From contig OZ243981.1 of NCBI GenBank assembly GCA_965214825.1, positions 2,450,567 to 2,514,566 on the forward strand: a stretch of 64,000 nucleotides of DNA, given 5' to 3'. Below, in pieces: positions 12,397 through 21,883 of this stretch (its first letter is position 1; the number at the start of each line of letters is the position of its first letter). The notes beneath the pieces were generated by a model. It saw nothing but the letters and a program-made list of their open reading frames with translations, was not told where the DNA came from and ran no database searches. The DNA is from an uncultured Pedosphaera sp. (GTDB lineage Bacteria; Verrucomicrobiota; Verrucomicrobiia; Limisphaerales; AAA164-E04). The position numbers were made by a program, and so were the translations under genes.

Positions 12397-15034
12397 CACT
12401 CCCTCGCCAAATGAATCTCCGCAGAAGCCCGCTTCGCCGCCGGTCGCTTCCGAGTCCATCCGCAAAGTCAATGTCGCTGACGAGATCAAAAATTCATTTT
12501 TGGATTACTCGATGAGCGTGATTGTTTCCCGCGCTTTGCCAGACGCACGGGACGGCTTGAAGCCTTCGCAGCGCCGCATCTTATATGCGATGAACGATTT
12601 AGGTGTGGGGCCGGGGAAGAAGCACTTGAAGTGCGCAAAGATTGTCGGGGAGACGATGGGTAATTACCACCCGCATGGCGACCAGGCAATTTACCCCACT
12701 TTGGTGCATATGGCGCAGACGTGGGCGATGCGGGATATTTTGATTGAGGGACAAGGGAATTTCGGCTCTGTCGAAGGTGATCCGCCGGCGTCGATGCGTT
12801 ATACCGAGGCACGCATGACGCATCTGGGCGCTAGTTTGATGGAGGACATGGACAAAGAGACGGTGAACTTTGCGTCTAATTACGATGAGACCCGCATGGA
12901 GCCGGCGGTGTTCCCATCTTCATTTCCGAATTTGCTGGTCAACGGAGGGACGGGCATTGCCGTGGGTATGGCGACTAATATAGCGCCTCATAATTTAGGG
13001 GAAGTGATCGAAGGGGTTTGCGCGCAAATTGATAATCCGGCGATTTCAATTGAGGCGCTGATGCAACATATAAAGGGCCCCGATTTTCCCACAGGTTGTC
13101 AGGTTTGCGGAGTCGAACCTATTCGGCAGTATTTCACCACAGGGCGTGGCAGTCTGAAGATTCGGGGCAAGGTCGATGCTGAAAAAACTAAAACCGATAA
13201 AGAACAGTTGGTTGTTACGGAGATTCCCTACAATGTCAATCGAGCGTCGCTCGAGAAACACATTGCCGATCTCGTCAACGAAAAGGTTATCACGGAAATC
13301 TCCGGGATGCGCAATGAGTCGGACGAACGCACTCGTTTGGTGATCGAGTTGAAACGTGACGCCATTCCTCAAGTGGCGATCAACAAACTCTATAAACATA
13401 CCCAGTTGGAGACTACTTTTAGCGTGAATATGTTGGCCATCGACCACGGCCGGCCGAAGATTTTGAACTTGAAGGAGGCGCTTAATTGTTATATCGAACA
13501 CCGTCGCGATGTTGTCCTCCGCCGTACGCGACACGAGTTGCAGAAAGCCGAAACCCGCGCGGAAGTTCTGGAAGGTTATCTGGGGGCGTTGGCGAATCTG
13601 GACGACTTCATCCGCGTCATTCGAGACTCCGCCAATCGGGAGGAGGCGAAGCGGCGCTTGTTGGTTTATGATTTTTCGCGAGAGCAGGCGGAGCAGTTTG
13701 GTATTCACATCCGTAGTGAAGAACGTTTGGTCGAGGGGCGCTACCTGCTCAGCGAAGCGCAGGTCAACGCCATTCTCGAATTGCGCCTCTACCAACTCAC
13801 CGGTCTTGAAATCGACAAAGTCAAAGGCGAATACCACAAGCTGTTGGAAAAGATCGAAGACCTTTCAGACATCCTCGCGCGGGAAGAACGGGTGCTGGCT
13901 ATCATCAAAGAGGAACTTTTAGCCGTGAAGGAAAAGTACGCGACGCCCCGATTAACAGCTTTGGTTGCTGATGAAGGCGAGATGGCTTTGGAAGACCTCA
14001 TCGCTAACGAAGGGATGATTATCACTATGACATATAGCGGGCTGCTCAAACGAACTAATGTAAGCGAATACCGGGCGCAGCGGCGCGGCGGCAAAGGCGT
14101 CATTGGAATGTCCACTCAGATGCGTGCTACAAGCGAGGGGAAAAACGGCGACTTCATCGAACATCTTTTCTCCGCCAACGCGCATGATTACCTTATGTTC
14201 TTCACCAACACCGGGCGGGTTTACGTCCAGCGTGTCCACAGTGTGCCGGCCTTGCCGAGAACCTCCAAAGGAAGGAACATTGCCAACATCCTGCAACTGC
14301 AACCCGAAGAAAAAATTGCCGCGCTAATTCGCATCCTTTCTAAAACTACCGAAGACAACAAAGACATCACTTGGCAGCAGCCCGGCTACCTCCTGTTCGC
14401 TACCGAGCGGGGAACCGTCAAAAAAACGGCGTTGGCGAATTATGCTAACCATCGTAAAGACGGACTCCGAGCCATCAACATCAAAGGAGGCGACCGGTTA
14501 ATCGAAGTCAAACTGACCTCCGGCGAAAACGATGTTGTTCTCATCTCCCAAGTCGGCAAAAGCATTCTGTTCTCCGAGAAAGACGTGCGCCCTCAAGGAC
14601 GCGCCACCGCCGGCGTGCGAGGCATCCGCCTAAGTAGTGGAGACACCGTTGTAGGACTGGCGGTAGTAGAACCGAATGCCACTTTGCTGGTTGCCGGCGA
14701 GCTCGGCATCGGCAAGCGCACCGGATTCGAGAGTTACCGCCGGCAATCGCGCGGCGGCAAAGGTATCATCACAATGAAAACCACTGACAAAACAGGCAAA
14801 GTTATTGGCGCGCTCACCGTTCACGATGGCGACGAAATCATGCTCATCACCGCCAACGGTCAGATGATTCGCACACGAGTCAAAGACTTGCGGGAAACCG
14901 GCCGCAACACTCAAGGCGTCCGGCTGATGGATCTGGATGCCGGCGACCGCTTAAGGGCGATTGCTCTCGTAGTCAACGATGAGCCGGAATCCGAAAATGA
15001 AAGCAGCAATTCCGAAAGCGAAGCGGATGAATGA
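12389..15034 (+). CDS. gyrA: DNA gyrase subunit A
   Basis: DYSMSVIVSRALPDARDGLKPSQRRILY, GNYHPHGD, SMRYTE (catalytic Tyr region), C-terminal repeat domain and acidic tail. The ATG overlaps the preceding stop by 8 nt. Confidence 0.95.
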   Translation: MPDTPSPNESPQKPASPPVASESIRKVNVADEIKNSFLDYSMSVIVSRALPDARDGLKPSQRRILYAMNDLGVGPGKKHLKCAKIVGETMGNYHPHGDQAIYPTLVHMAQTWAMRDILIEGQGNFGSVEGDPPASMRYTEARMTHLGASLMEDMDKETVNFASNYDETRMEPAVFPSSFPNLLVNGGTGIAVGMATNIAPHNLGEVIEGVCAQIDNPAISIEALMQHIKGPDFPTGCQVCGVEPIRQYFTTGRGSLKIRGKVDAEKTKTDKEQLVVTEIPYNVNRASLEKHIADLVNEKVITEISGMRNESDERTRLVIELKRDAIPQVAINKLYKHTQLETTFSVNMLAIDHGRPKILNLKEALNCYIEHRRDVVLRRTRHELQKAETRAEVLEGYLGALANLDDFIRVIRDSANREEAKRRLLVYDFSREQAEQFGIHIRSEERLVEGRYLLSEAQVNAILELRLYQLTGLEIDKVKGEYHKLLEKIEDLSDILAREERVLAIIKEELLAVKEKYATPRLTALVADEGEMALEDLIANEGMIITMTYSGLLKRTNVSEYRAQRRGGKGVIGMSTQMRATSEGKNGDFIEHLFSANAHDYLMFFTNTGRVYVQRVHSVPALPRTSKGRNIANILQLQPEEKIAALIRILSKTTEDNKDITWQQPGYLLFATERGTVKKTALANYANHRKDGLRAINIKGGDRLIEVKLTSGENDVVLISQVGKSILFSEKDVRPQGRATAGVRGIRLSSGDTVVGLAVVEPNATLLVAGELGIGKRTGFESYRRQSRGGKGIITMKTTDKTGKVIGALTVHDGDEIMLITANGQMIRTRVKDLRETGRNTQGVRLMDLDAGDRLRAIALVVNDEPESENESSNSESEADE

Positions 15035-16230
15035 AGCGCGAGCTTCTGCGGCCTCGGACAAAAACTTCCATGAAAAAAGTTTTGGCGTCTGAATGTCCAG
15101 AAACCCCGGCAGTATCGCTTGAAGTTGCATCGGAAAATGGTTCGGGCGTGCGGCTTATTTTTCGAGGTTCTCTTCAGGCGAGCACCATCCATCAAGTGTG
15201 GCAGGAAGCCATCCGGCATCTGGAGGCAGGTGAGGCGAAGGCATCGGTTCAGATTGACGCTTCGGCTGTCCGCTACTGCGACGTGGCGGGCATTGGCATG
15301 CTTTTGGATTTGGAATTGCGCCAAAAAAAGCGCGGGGGAACGGTCGTTTTGGTCGGTCTCGATTCCAGATTTCAAAGGCTTTGGGATCAATTTGCGGACT
15401 GCTCATTTGCCGAAGTGCGCTTGGCCAAAGCCGCTTGCCCGTCATTGCCGGAAGCTACCGGCGGGGCGATCGTCAATCTAGCAAGAGATGTCGTTGTGCT
15501 GTGCAGTTTTGTGGGCGAGTTGACCGTCGCCTTTGGATGGGGGCTTTGGCATCCCAAACGGCTTCGCTGGCGGGATGTCTTTCTGACGGCTGCAAATGCC
15601 GGTGCAAATGCCTTGCCGATTGTGGGTTTGATTTCGTTTCTCATCGGCTTAATCATCGCTTTTCAATCGGCTATTCCGCTGGAGCAATTTGGCGCCCGGA
15701 GCTTTGTGGCTGATTTGGTGGCGGTGTCTTTGGTCCGGGAATTGGGGCCGCTGATGACCGCGATCCTTTTGGCGGGACGTTCAGGAGCAGCCTTTGCAGC
15801 GGAGATTGGAACCATGAAAGTGAACGAAGAGATCAACGCTCTGAGAACAATGGGTCTGCAACCCGTGAGGTTTTTGGTAGTTGCCCGCGTGATTGCAACG
15901 GTGGCGATAATGCCAGTCTTGACCATATTTTCACTAATTTTCGGGCTGATTGGCGGCGGGATAGTTTATGTGTCGTTGGGATTTACAACTATCCTGTATG
16001 GTTATCAAGTAGTTGCGGCAGTGGATTTGTCGGACTTTCTGGGAGGCCTGTTCAAGGCCGCCGTGTTCGGATTATTAGTTGCGGCGGTGGGCTGCTTTCG
16101 AGGATTACAGACAGAGATAGGAGCCCGCGCAGTCGGTGTGTCAACGACTCGCGCCGTAGTAAGCGGGATCACTTTGATTGTGATTGCCGACGGCGTTTTC
16201 TCAGTGGTATTTTACCTCTTTGGCATATGA
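15031..16230 (+). CDS. MlaE-type ABC permease with N-terminal STAS domain
   Basis: The N-terminal ~110 aa look STAS-like (VRLIFRGSL...IDASAVRYCDVAGIGMLLDL...VVLVGL). Multi-pass MlaE-like membrane domain follows. ATGA overlap with the gyrA stop. Confidence 0.8.
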   Translation: MKRELLRPRTKTSMKKVLASECPETPAVSLEVASENGSGVRLIFRGSLQASTIHQVWQEAIRHLEAGEAKASVQIDASAVRYCDVAGIGMLLDLELRQKKRGGTVVLVGLDSRFQRLWDQFADCSFAEVRLAKAACPSLPEATGGAIVNLARDVVVLCSFVGELTVAFGWGLWHPKRLRWRDVFLTAANAGANALPIVGLISFLIGLIIAFQSAIPLEQFGARSFVADLVAVSLVRELGPLMTAILLAGRSGAAFAAEIGTMKVNEEINALRTMGLQPVRFLVVARVIATVAIMPVLTIFSLIFGLIGGGIVYVSLGFTTILYGYQVVAAVDLSDFLGGLFKAAVFGLLVAAVGCFRGLQTEIGARAVGVSTTRAVVSGITLIVIADGVFSVVFYLFGI

Positions 16231-16985
16231 ACGCGGCAAAAAAATCCCTCATCGCAGTCAACAGCCTTCGAGTCGCTTATGGCGAAACAGTAGTGCTTGA
16301 AGATATAACATTTTCCATCGAGCCAGGGACGGTCTTCGCCATTTTAGGCGGCTCCGGATGTGGCAAAAGTTCGCTGTTGAAACATATGATCGGCCTCTAT
16401 CCACCAAGTGCGGGAAGCATTTTAATTGACGGGGACGATCTCGCTACCTGCGGAGACCGGACGCGGGCCAAGATTCTGCGAAAAATCGGCGTGATGTACC
16501 AAAGCGGAGCGCTCTTTGGTTCAATGAACCTTTTGGAGAACGTAAGTTTGCCCTTGGAAGAATTCACACATCTGCTGCCGGAAGCGATTGAGTGGATCGC
16601 CAGAATGAAATTGAAATTAGTCGGGCTGGAACGTTTCGGCGATTACATGCCAGCGGCGATCAGCGGCGGCATGCAAAAAAGGGCGGCGATTGCAAGAGCA
16701 ATGGCGTTGGACCCTTCGATACTGTTTTTGGACGAACCATCAGCAGGCCTCGATCCTGCAACTTCGGCGGGATTGGACACCCTGATTCGAAATCTATCGC
16801 GCAACTTGAGCATCACCTTTGTCGTGGTAACTCACGAGTTGCCAAGCGTCTTTGCCATCGCCGATTGGGCCATCATGTTGGATAAATCAGCCAAAGGCAT
16901 TATTGCTTCCGGCGACCCGAAAATGTTGTGCAACCAGCGCGATAATCCGGCTGTTCGGCGTTTCTTCCATCGCGAAACGGCCTGA
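16227..16985 (+). CDS. MlaF-type ABC transporter ATP-binding protein
   Basis: Walker A GGSGCGKSS, signature ISGGMQKRAAIARA, Walker B ILFLDEPSAGLD. ATGA overlap with the upstream permease. Confidence 0.85.
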   Translation: MNAAKKSLIAVNSLRVAYGETVVLEDITFSIEPGTVFAILGGSGCGKSSLLKHMIGLYPPSAGSILIDGDDLATCGDRTRAKILRKIGVMYQSGALFGSMNLLENVSLPLEEFTHLLPEAIEWIARMKLKLVGLERFGDYMPAAISGGMQKRAAIARAMALDPSILFLDEPSAGLDPATSAGLDTLIRNLSRNLSITFVVVTHELPSVFAIADWAIMLDKSAKGIIASGDPKMLCNQRDNPAVRRFFHRETA

Positions 16986-17033
16986 AATTGAAATGGACAG
17001 TGGAATAGAAAACTATAAGCTCGCTATAAAACA

Positions 17034-18014
17034 GTGAATACTCGGTTAAATTACTTTGCACTCGGTTTATTTGTCATCATAGGATTACTCCTGATCCTTG
17101 GCGCCCTTTTGATTCTTGGCAGCGGCACACTCTTTCAAGATCATGAGCTATTTGAAACCTACGTTGACCAGTCAGTTCAAGGATTGGAAAAAGGCTCGGC
17201 AGTAAAGTTTCGAGGGGTCAAAATCGGCACCGTCAAGACGATTGATTTTACACGCAGCGTCTACGAGCGATACGAGGAGCCATCACAAAAAAAAACATAT
17301 GTGCGGATCATCGTGGCCTTGACGCCGGGTGTCTTCGAGTCATGGTCGGGGACGGTTGAAGAGTCACTTGAAAAGGAAGTGCGCCGCGGCCTTCGCGCTC
17401 GCCTAGCGAACGTAGGGCTTACAGGGAGCGCTTATCTGGAAATGGATTATCTGGACCCGGAGAATAATCCTCCTCTGGAAATCAAGTGGGAACCACGCAA
17501 TTATTATATCCCTTCTGCGCAAGCCTCTTTTACTCGAATTATCAATGCAGCTGAAGATGCGTTTATCAATATACGAAACATCGATTTTAAGTCAATCAGC
17601 GACAATCTGAATTCATTTGTAACTCTCGCTAAAGACAAATTGCAGCAGGCAGAAATCAAAGATCTGGTTGAAAACGGCAACATGTTAATAGATGATTTGC
17701 GGGAGACTAATGGACAAATCCAGCGAATAATAAAAGACCTCAATGTGAAAGCAATTTCCGCGGAAGCAACAACAGCGCTTGAAGGTGTTAACAAGTTGGT
17801 TCATTCGCCGAAGTTGGAAGAGATTCTGAGCCGTTTAGATTTGACCTTGCGCCGTATAGAGCAATGGGTGCTTTTGTATCACGGCGAGTTATCCGACACG
17901 ATAGAAAATCTCCAGTCAATCTCGGAAAACCTCAAGGATATAACGGAAGACGCTAAACAATATCCGTCTCGTTTACTCTTTGGAGATCCGCCGCCTAAAG
18001 CAGAAACACGTTGA
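17034..18014 (+). CDS. MlaD/MCE-domain protein
   Basis: N-terminal TM helix, then an MCE-like core (GSAVKFRGVKIGTV) with a helical C-terminal extension. GTG start. Confidence 0.75.
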   Translation: MNTRLNYFALGLFVIIGLLLILGALLILGSGTLFQDHELFETYVDQSVQGLEKGSAVKFRGVKIGTVKTIDFTRSVYERYEEPSQKKTYVRIIVALTPGVFESWSGTVEESLEKEVRRGLRARLANVGLTGSAYLEMDYLDPENNPPLEIKWEPRNYYIPSAQASFTRIINAAEDAFINIRNIDFKSISDNLNSFVTLAKDKLQQAEIKDLVENGNMLIDDLRETNGQIQRIIKDLNVKAISAEATTALEGVNKLVHSPKLEEILSRLDLTLRRIEQWVLLYHGELSDTIENLQSISENLKDITEDAKQYPSRLLFGDPPPKAETR

Positions 18015-18027
18015 GTTGAGATATGTC

Positions 18028-18651
18028 ATGCAATTGAAAATAAGACCATGTTTCAGATGGGTTATGGGGTTGAGTTGCGCCGTTCTTCTTGGCGGCTGCA
18101 GTTTTTCCAAAGGATACCCGTCAAAGAATTACTTCTATTTGACTGCAGAGAGAAACAGTGATCCGGTGAAACAGGGCGATCATATCTTGCGTGTGTCGCG
18201 CTTGGAGGTAGCTGAGGCGTTTTCGGAAAAGGGATTCGTCTATCGTATTAGCGACGTCGAATATAAGTCTGATTACTACGCGCAATTTTTCACTGCTCCC
18301 GACCAGGCGATATCTGAATTGTTAACGCGGTGGCTGGCTAATTCCGGACATTATCACGAAGTCATTCATCATGGAAGCAAACTTTCCGCCGGAAGAGTGT
18401 TAGAGGGAACCATCGACGAACTTTACGGAGATTTTCGCGATGTCACCGCGCCTCAGGCGGTTGTTTTATTACAGATTCGTTTAGTTGACGATGAAGGAAT
18501 GCAGCCTGTGATTCTCTTTTCAAGCAAGCACGTGCGCCGTATTGCGGTTGACTCTTCGCAGCCGGAGGATTTAGTGCGGGGATGGAATCAGGGGTTGGTA
18601 GGTATTTTAGAAGATATAGAGCAAGAGTTAATTCGAATAGGTCGAGATTGA
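18028..18651 (+). CDS. ABC-transport auxiliary lipoprotein (DUF330/PqiC-like)
   Basis: Lipobox LLGGC after a hydrophobic leader. This is the usual position downstream of an MCE gene. ATG 18028 is preferred over the track start at 17980. Confidence 0.65.
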   Translation: MQLKIRPCFRWVMGLSCAVLLGGCSFSKGYPSKNYFYLTAERNSDPVKQGDHILRVSRLEVAEAFSEKGFVYRISDVEYKSDYYAQFFTAPDQAISELLTRWLANSGHYHEVIHHGSKLSAGRVLEGTIDELYGDFRDVTAPQAVVLLQIRLVDDEGMQPVILFSSKHVRRIAVDSSQPEDLVRGWNQGLVGILEDIEQELIRIGRD

Positions 18652-18772
18652 CGGTGTATTGTCATGGCAATATATAGCAACGCATGGCGGAATGTTTTGG
18701 TGCTATTCGCACCCAGGTTTAGGAGCGGTTTGTTTTTATCTTTTTTGAGATATGCCGAATGGTCAACCGGTT

Positions 18773-21700
18773 TTACAGGTAGCGGCGGATGCGGTTGGCA
18801 AGGTAGTGACGGAAGTCGTCGAAGAAGGTATAGAAGAGAGGGATGACGAGAAGAGTGAGGAGGGTAGCGGTGGTCATGCCGCCGATGAGGGTGAGGCCGA
18901 AAGATTTGTAGCTGAGGCCGACTTCGTTGGGTTTGCTGATGGTGAGGGGGATCATGCCAATGATGGTGGTGAGGGCAGTCATGAGGATGGGACGGAAGCG
19001 CCGGTCGGCGGCTTGTTTCAGGGCAGCAGTTCGTTCCAGTCCGCGTTGCCGCAGTTGGTTGACGTAGTCGACAAGGACGATGCCGTTGTTAACGACGACG
19101 CCGATGAGCAGAATAGCGCCAACAAAGCCGAGCATGTCGAGGTCTTTGCCGGTGAGGAAGTGAATCCAAACGACGCCGATGCTGGCCAGCGGAATGGTCA
19201 GGATGATGGAGAGAGGAAGGATGAAACTTTCGAAGAGGAAGCCCATCAAGAGATAGATGAAAACGATAGACATGATGGCAGCAAATTGGAGGTTGGCGAG
19301 TTCTTCGTTGATCGCTTCATCACCAAACGAGCGACCAAAAGAAAATCCTTCAGGTAAGTCGATGGATTCTTTGAGAGCCGCTAAACGTTCGCGGGTTTGC
19401 GCCGCATCGTCCTCTTTCAAGTCGAAGGTGATGGTGTGGGTAGTCTTTTTATTTTTGCGGAAGATGCCGCCGGAGACTTGCAGTTTTTTAACAGAGGTGA
19501 GAGCGGAAAGGGGCAGAGCAGCGCCGGTCATGCTCGGGACTTGAAAGTTGGCGAGTGCGGCCAAGCTGTCACGGTCTTCTTCAGGAAACTGCGCTCTGAC
19601 GGGAATTTCACGGCCTTCAAAATGGAATCGAGGAAGGCTGCGTCCGCGCAAGGCATAGCCCACGACGCCGGAGATATAATCCGGATTGACATTGCTGGCA
19701 TTGACTCGCTGGCGGTCAACCACGAGGGCCAACTCATTGGGCGGGCGTTCGTTTCCTGACCGCGCGCCAATCACGCCGGGGATAGCCAGGAAGCGCGGCT
19801 TCAGATCTTTAGCTAGTTGGTCAAGTTGATCAGAATCGTGGCCTTCAAGATTGAGAACGTAAACAGTCATTCCTTTAGCTTCTGCGATTTGGCTTTCCCG
19901 TCCGGTTTCAAATTCAACTCCGGGAGGTCGGGGAAAGGTTTTCATAACTTGGTCAACCATCTCGCCGGCGGTTAGAGAATAGTCGCGGTCCGGGTCCAAC
20001 CAGCCTTCAATCCGTCCTCCGCGCTCGAAATGAACGAGTATAAACCCTTCAAGTTTCAGTTTTTTCTGTTTTTGTTTCATCACCTCTTCGAGTCGGGCAA
20101 AGAATCGGCTTGTGTCTTTGAAGTTCGAGTTTTGGGGCATTTTGACACCAATCTGAAATGACATGCGATCCTCTTCTTGATTCAATACCACTTCGACCTG
20201 CCGGCTAACGACACCAAAGGTAAGCGCAAAAATCGCGAGAATCAGAAGCACTAAATCTACCCGGTGCTGCAAAAAGAAAGCAAGTGCTTTATTGTAAAAC
20301 CGGCCGAAAGGGCTGATAGTGCGAGTATAAACAACATCTAACGTTTTTTCTACTAAACCAAGTTTGCCGGCGATCGGTTCTGCTGATTTCGATCTGCGGC
20401 CGAAGGTAACGTAGGCGCTGATAGGAATGAAAACGAGAGCGACGAGAAGCGAAGCCAGCAAGGATACCGAGATCGGCAAAGCCAGTCGCATCAGGAAGAA
20501 TTGGCTTTCGCCTTCCACTAGCGCGACAGGAAGAAAGACAATGACAGTAGTGAGGGTGGCCATAGTGATGGCAAGAGCGATTTCTCTGGCGCCCTGAACG
20601 CAGGCCTGGCGGCGAGGCAAACCGTCTTGGGCATGGCGGTAAATGTTTTCGGCGACGACGACAGAATTATCTACTAAAAGTCCTACACAAATGACCAGAC
20701 CCAGAATAGTAATCATGTTGAGACTTTCTTCCATGAAATACATAACTGTCAGCGAGATAAGCAAGCTGAGTGGAATAGCAGCCGAGATGATCAAGGTCAT
20801 CCGAAAGCGCTTGAGAAATAAGAACAGAACCATCGCCGCAAAAACGCCTCCAATCTGGCCGCCTGTTACCAGGTTGTGGATGGAGGATTGAACGATGCGG
20901 CCTTGATTGAAGAATAGTTCCATCAGGATGCCGTCGAAGATAGGGTTTTCTTTCATGCTTTCAATTTCTTCTGTCAAGCGATTGCAGATTTCAACAGTGT
21001 TGACGTTGCCTTCTTTGAAGATCGAAATGGCAACGGCGGGATTGCCGTTGACTCGGACGGCGAATTTTCTTTCAGGCTCTTCGTATTTGATCTTTGCAAT
21101 GTCTTTCAGTCGCAGTTGTTCGTTGACGGGGCGGTTTTCAAATTCGTGCAAAGTTTTGTAATTGGCGATGGAACGGAGGAGGTATTTTTTTCCGGCTTGG
21201 TGAACGTGACCACTGGCAAGGGTAAAGTTGTCGCGGTTTAATTCCTGGGCAAGTTGGTAGATGTTCAGGCCGTGGGCGTTGGTTCGCTCTTTATCGACTT
21301 CAATAATAATTTCTTTTTCGGTGATGCCGTCAGTAGTGACGTTGGCGATGCCGTCTATTCGTTTGATCGGCCGGATTATTTTTGTGTCGATAAGGTTGTA
21401 GTAGTCGATTATGGACGGATCAATGGATAATCCAAGGACGGCCACGGGCATGCTGTCCGGATCGTCTCTGCCGATGAAGGTTTGTTCGACATCGTCAGGG
21501 AATAAGAGCTTGGCTCGTTCGATGCGGTCGCGCACTTCGCGGTAGGCGACGTCGATATCTACGTTTTGTTTGAATTGTAGAAAGACGCTGGCGTTGCGCT
21601 GTGATGAATAGGAGTTGATGCGGATCAAGTCCTTGATTGTGCTGAGTTCTTCCTCGAGGGGCAGGGTAATTTTTTCGAGAACTTCCTGGGCTGGTGCATC

Positions 21701-21883
21701 CCGCCAAGGGACGTAAACTCGCAGGAATTTGCTTTCGTAGCCTCTGGGGAAGAGCTCTTGGGGAATGCTCCGGGTGGCAATACCGCCTACTACCAGGATT
21801 GTCATGAGTATGACGATGACGGTGACTTTTCGGCGGATGGAGAACTCGGCGATGACGGCGGCAATGGATTTTTTTTTGTTCAT
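18773..21883 (-). CDS. RND efflux permease (AcrB/HAE family), second pump gene
   Basis: 1036-aa ORF with typical RND N-terminus and 12-TM layout. ATGA overlap with the upstream RND gene. Confidence 0.9.
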   Translation of the reverse strand: MNKKKSIAAVIAEFSIRRKVTVIVILMTILVVGGIATRSIPQELFPRGYESKFLRVYVPWRDAPAQEVLEKITLPLEEELSTIKDLIRINSYSSQRNASVFLQFKQNVDIDVAYREVRDRIERAKLLFPDDVEQTFIGRDDPDSMPVAVLGLSIDPSIIDYYNLIDTKIIRPIKRIDGIANVTTDGITEKEIIIEVDKERTNAHGLNIYQLAQELNRDNFTLASGHVHQAGKKYLLRSIANYKTLHEFENRPVNEQLRLKDIAKIKYEEPERKFAVRVNGNPAVAISIFKEGNVNTVEICNRLTEEIESMKENPIFDGILMELFFNQGRIVQSSIHNLVTGGQIGGVFAAMVLFLFLKRFRMTLIISAAIPLSLLISLTVMYFMEESLNMITILGLVICVGLLVDNSVVVAENIYRHAQDGLPRRQACVQGAREIALAITMATLTTVIVFLPVALVEGESQFFLMRLALPISVSLLASLLVALVFIPISAYVTFGRRSKSAEPIAGKLGLVEKTLDVVYTRTISPFGRFYNKALAFFLQHRVDLVLLILAIFALTFGVVSRQVEVVLNQEEDRMSFQIGVKMPQNSNFKDTSRFFARLEEVMKQKQKKLKLEGFILVHFERGGRIEGWLDPDRDYSLTAGEMVDQVMKTFPRPPGVEFETGRESQIAEAKGMTVYVLNLEGHDSDQLDQLAKDLKPRFLAIPGVIGARSGNERPPNELALVVDRQRVNASNVNPDYISGVVGYALRGRSLPRFHFEGREIPVRAQFPEEDRDSLAALANFQVPSMTGAALPLSALTSVKKLQVSGGIFRKNKKTTHTITFDLKEDDAAQTRERLAALKESIDLPEGFSFGRSFGDEAINEELANLQFAAIMSIVFIYLLMGFLFESFILPLSIILTIPLASIGVVWIHFLTGKDLDMLGFVGAILLIGVVVNNGIVLVDYVNQLRQRGLERTAALKQAADRRFRPILMTALTTIIGMIPLTISKPNEVGLSYKSFGLTLIGGMTTATLLTLLVIPLFYTFFDDFRHYLANRIRRYL

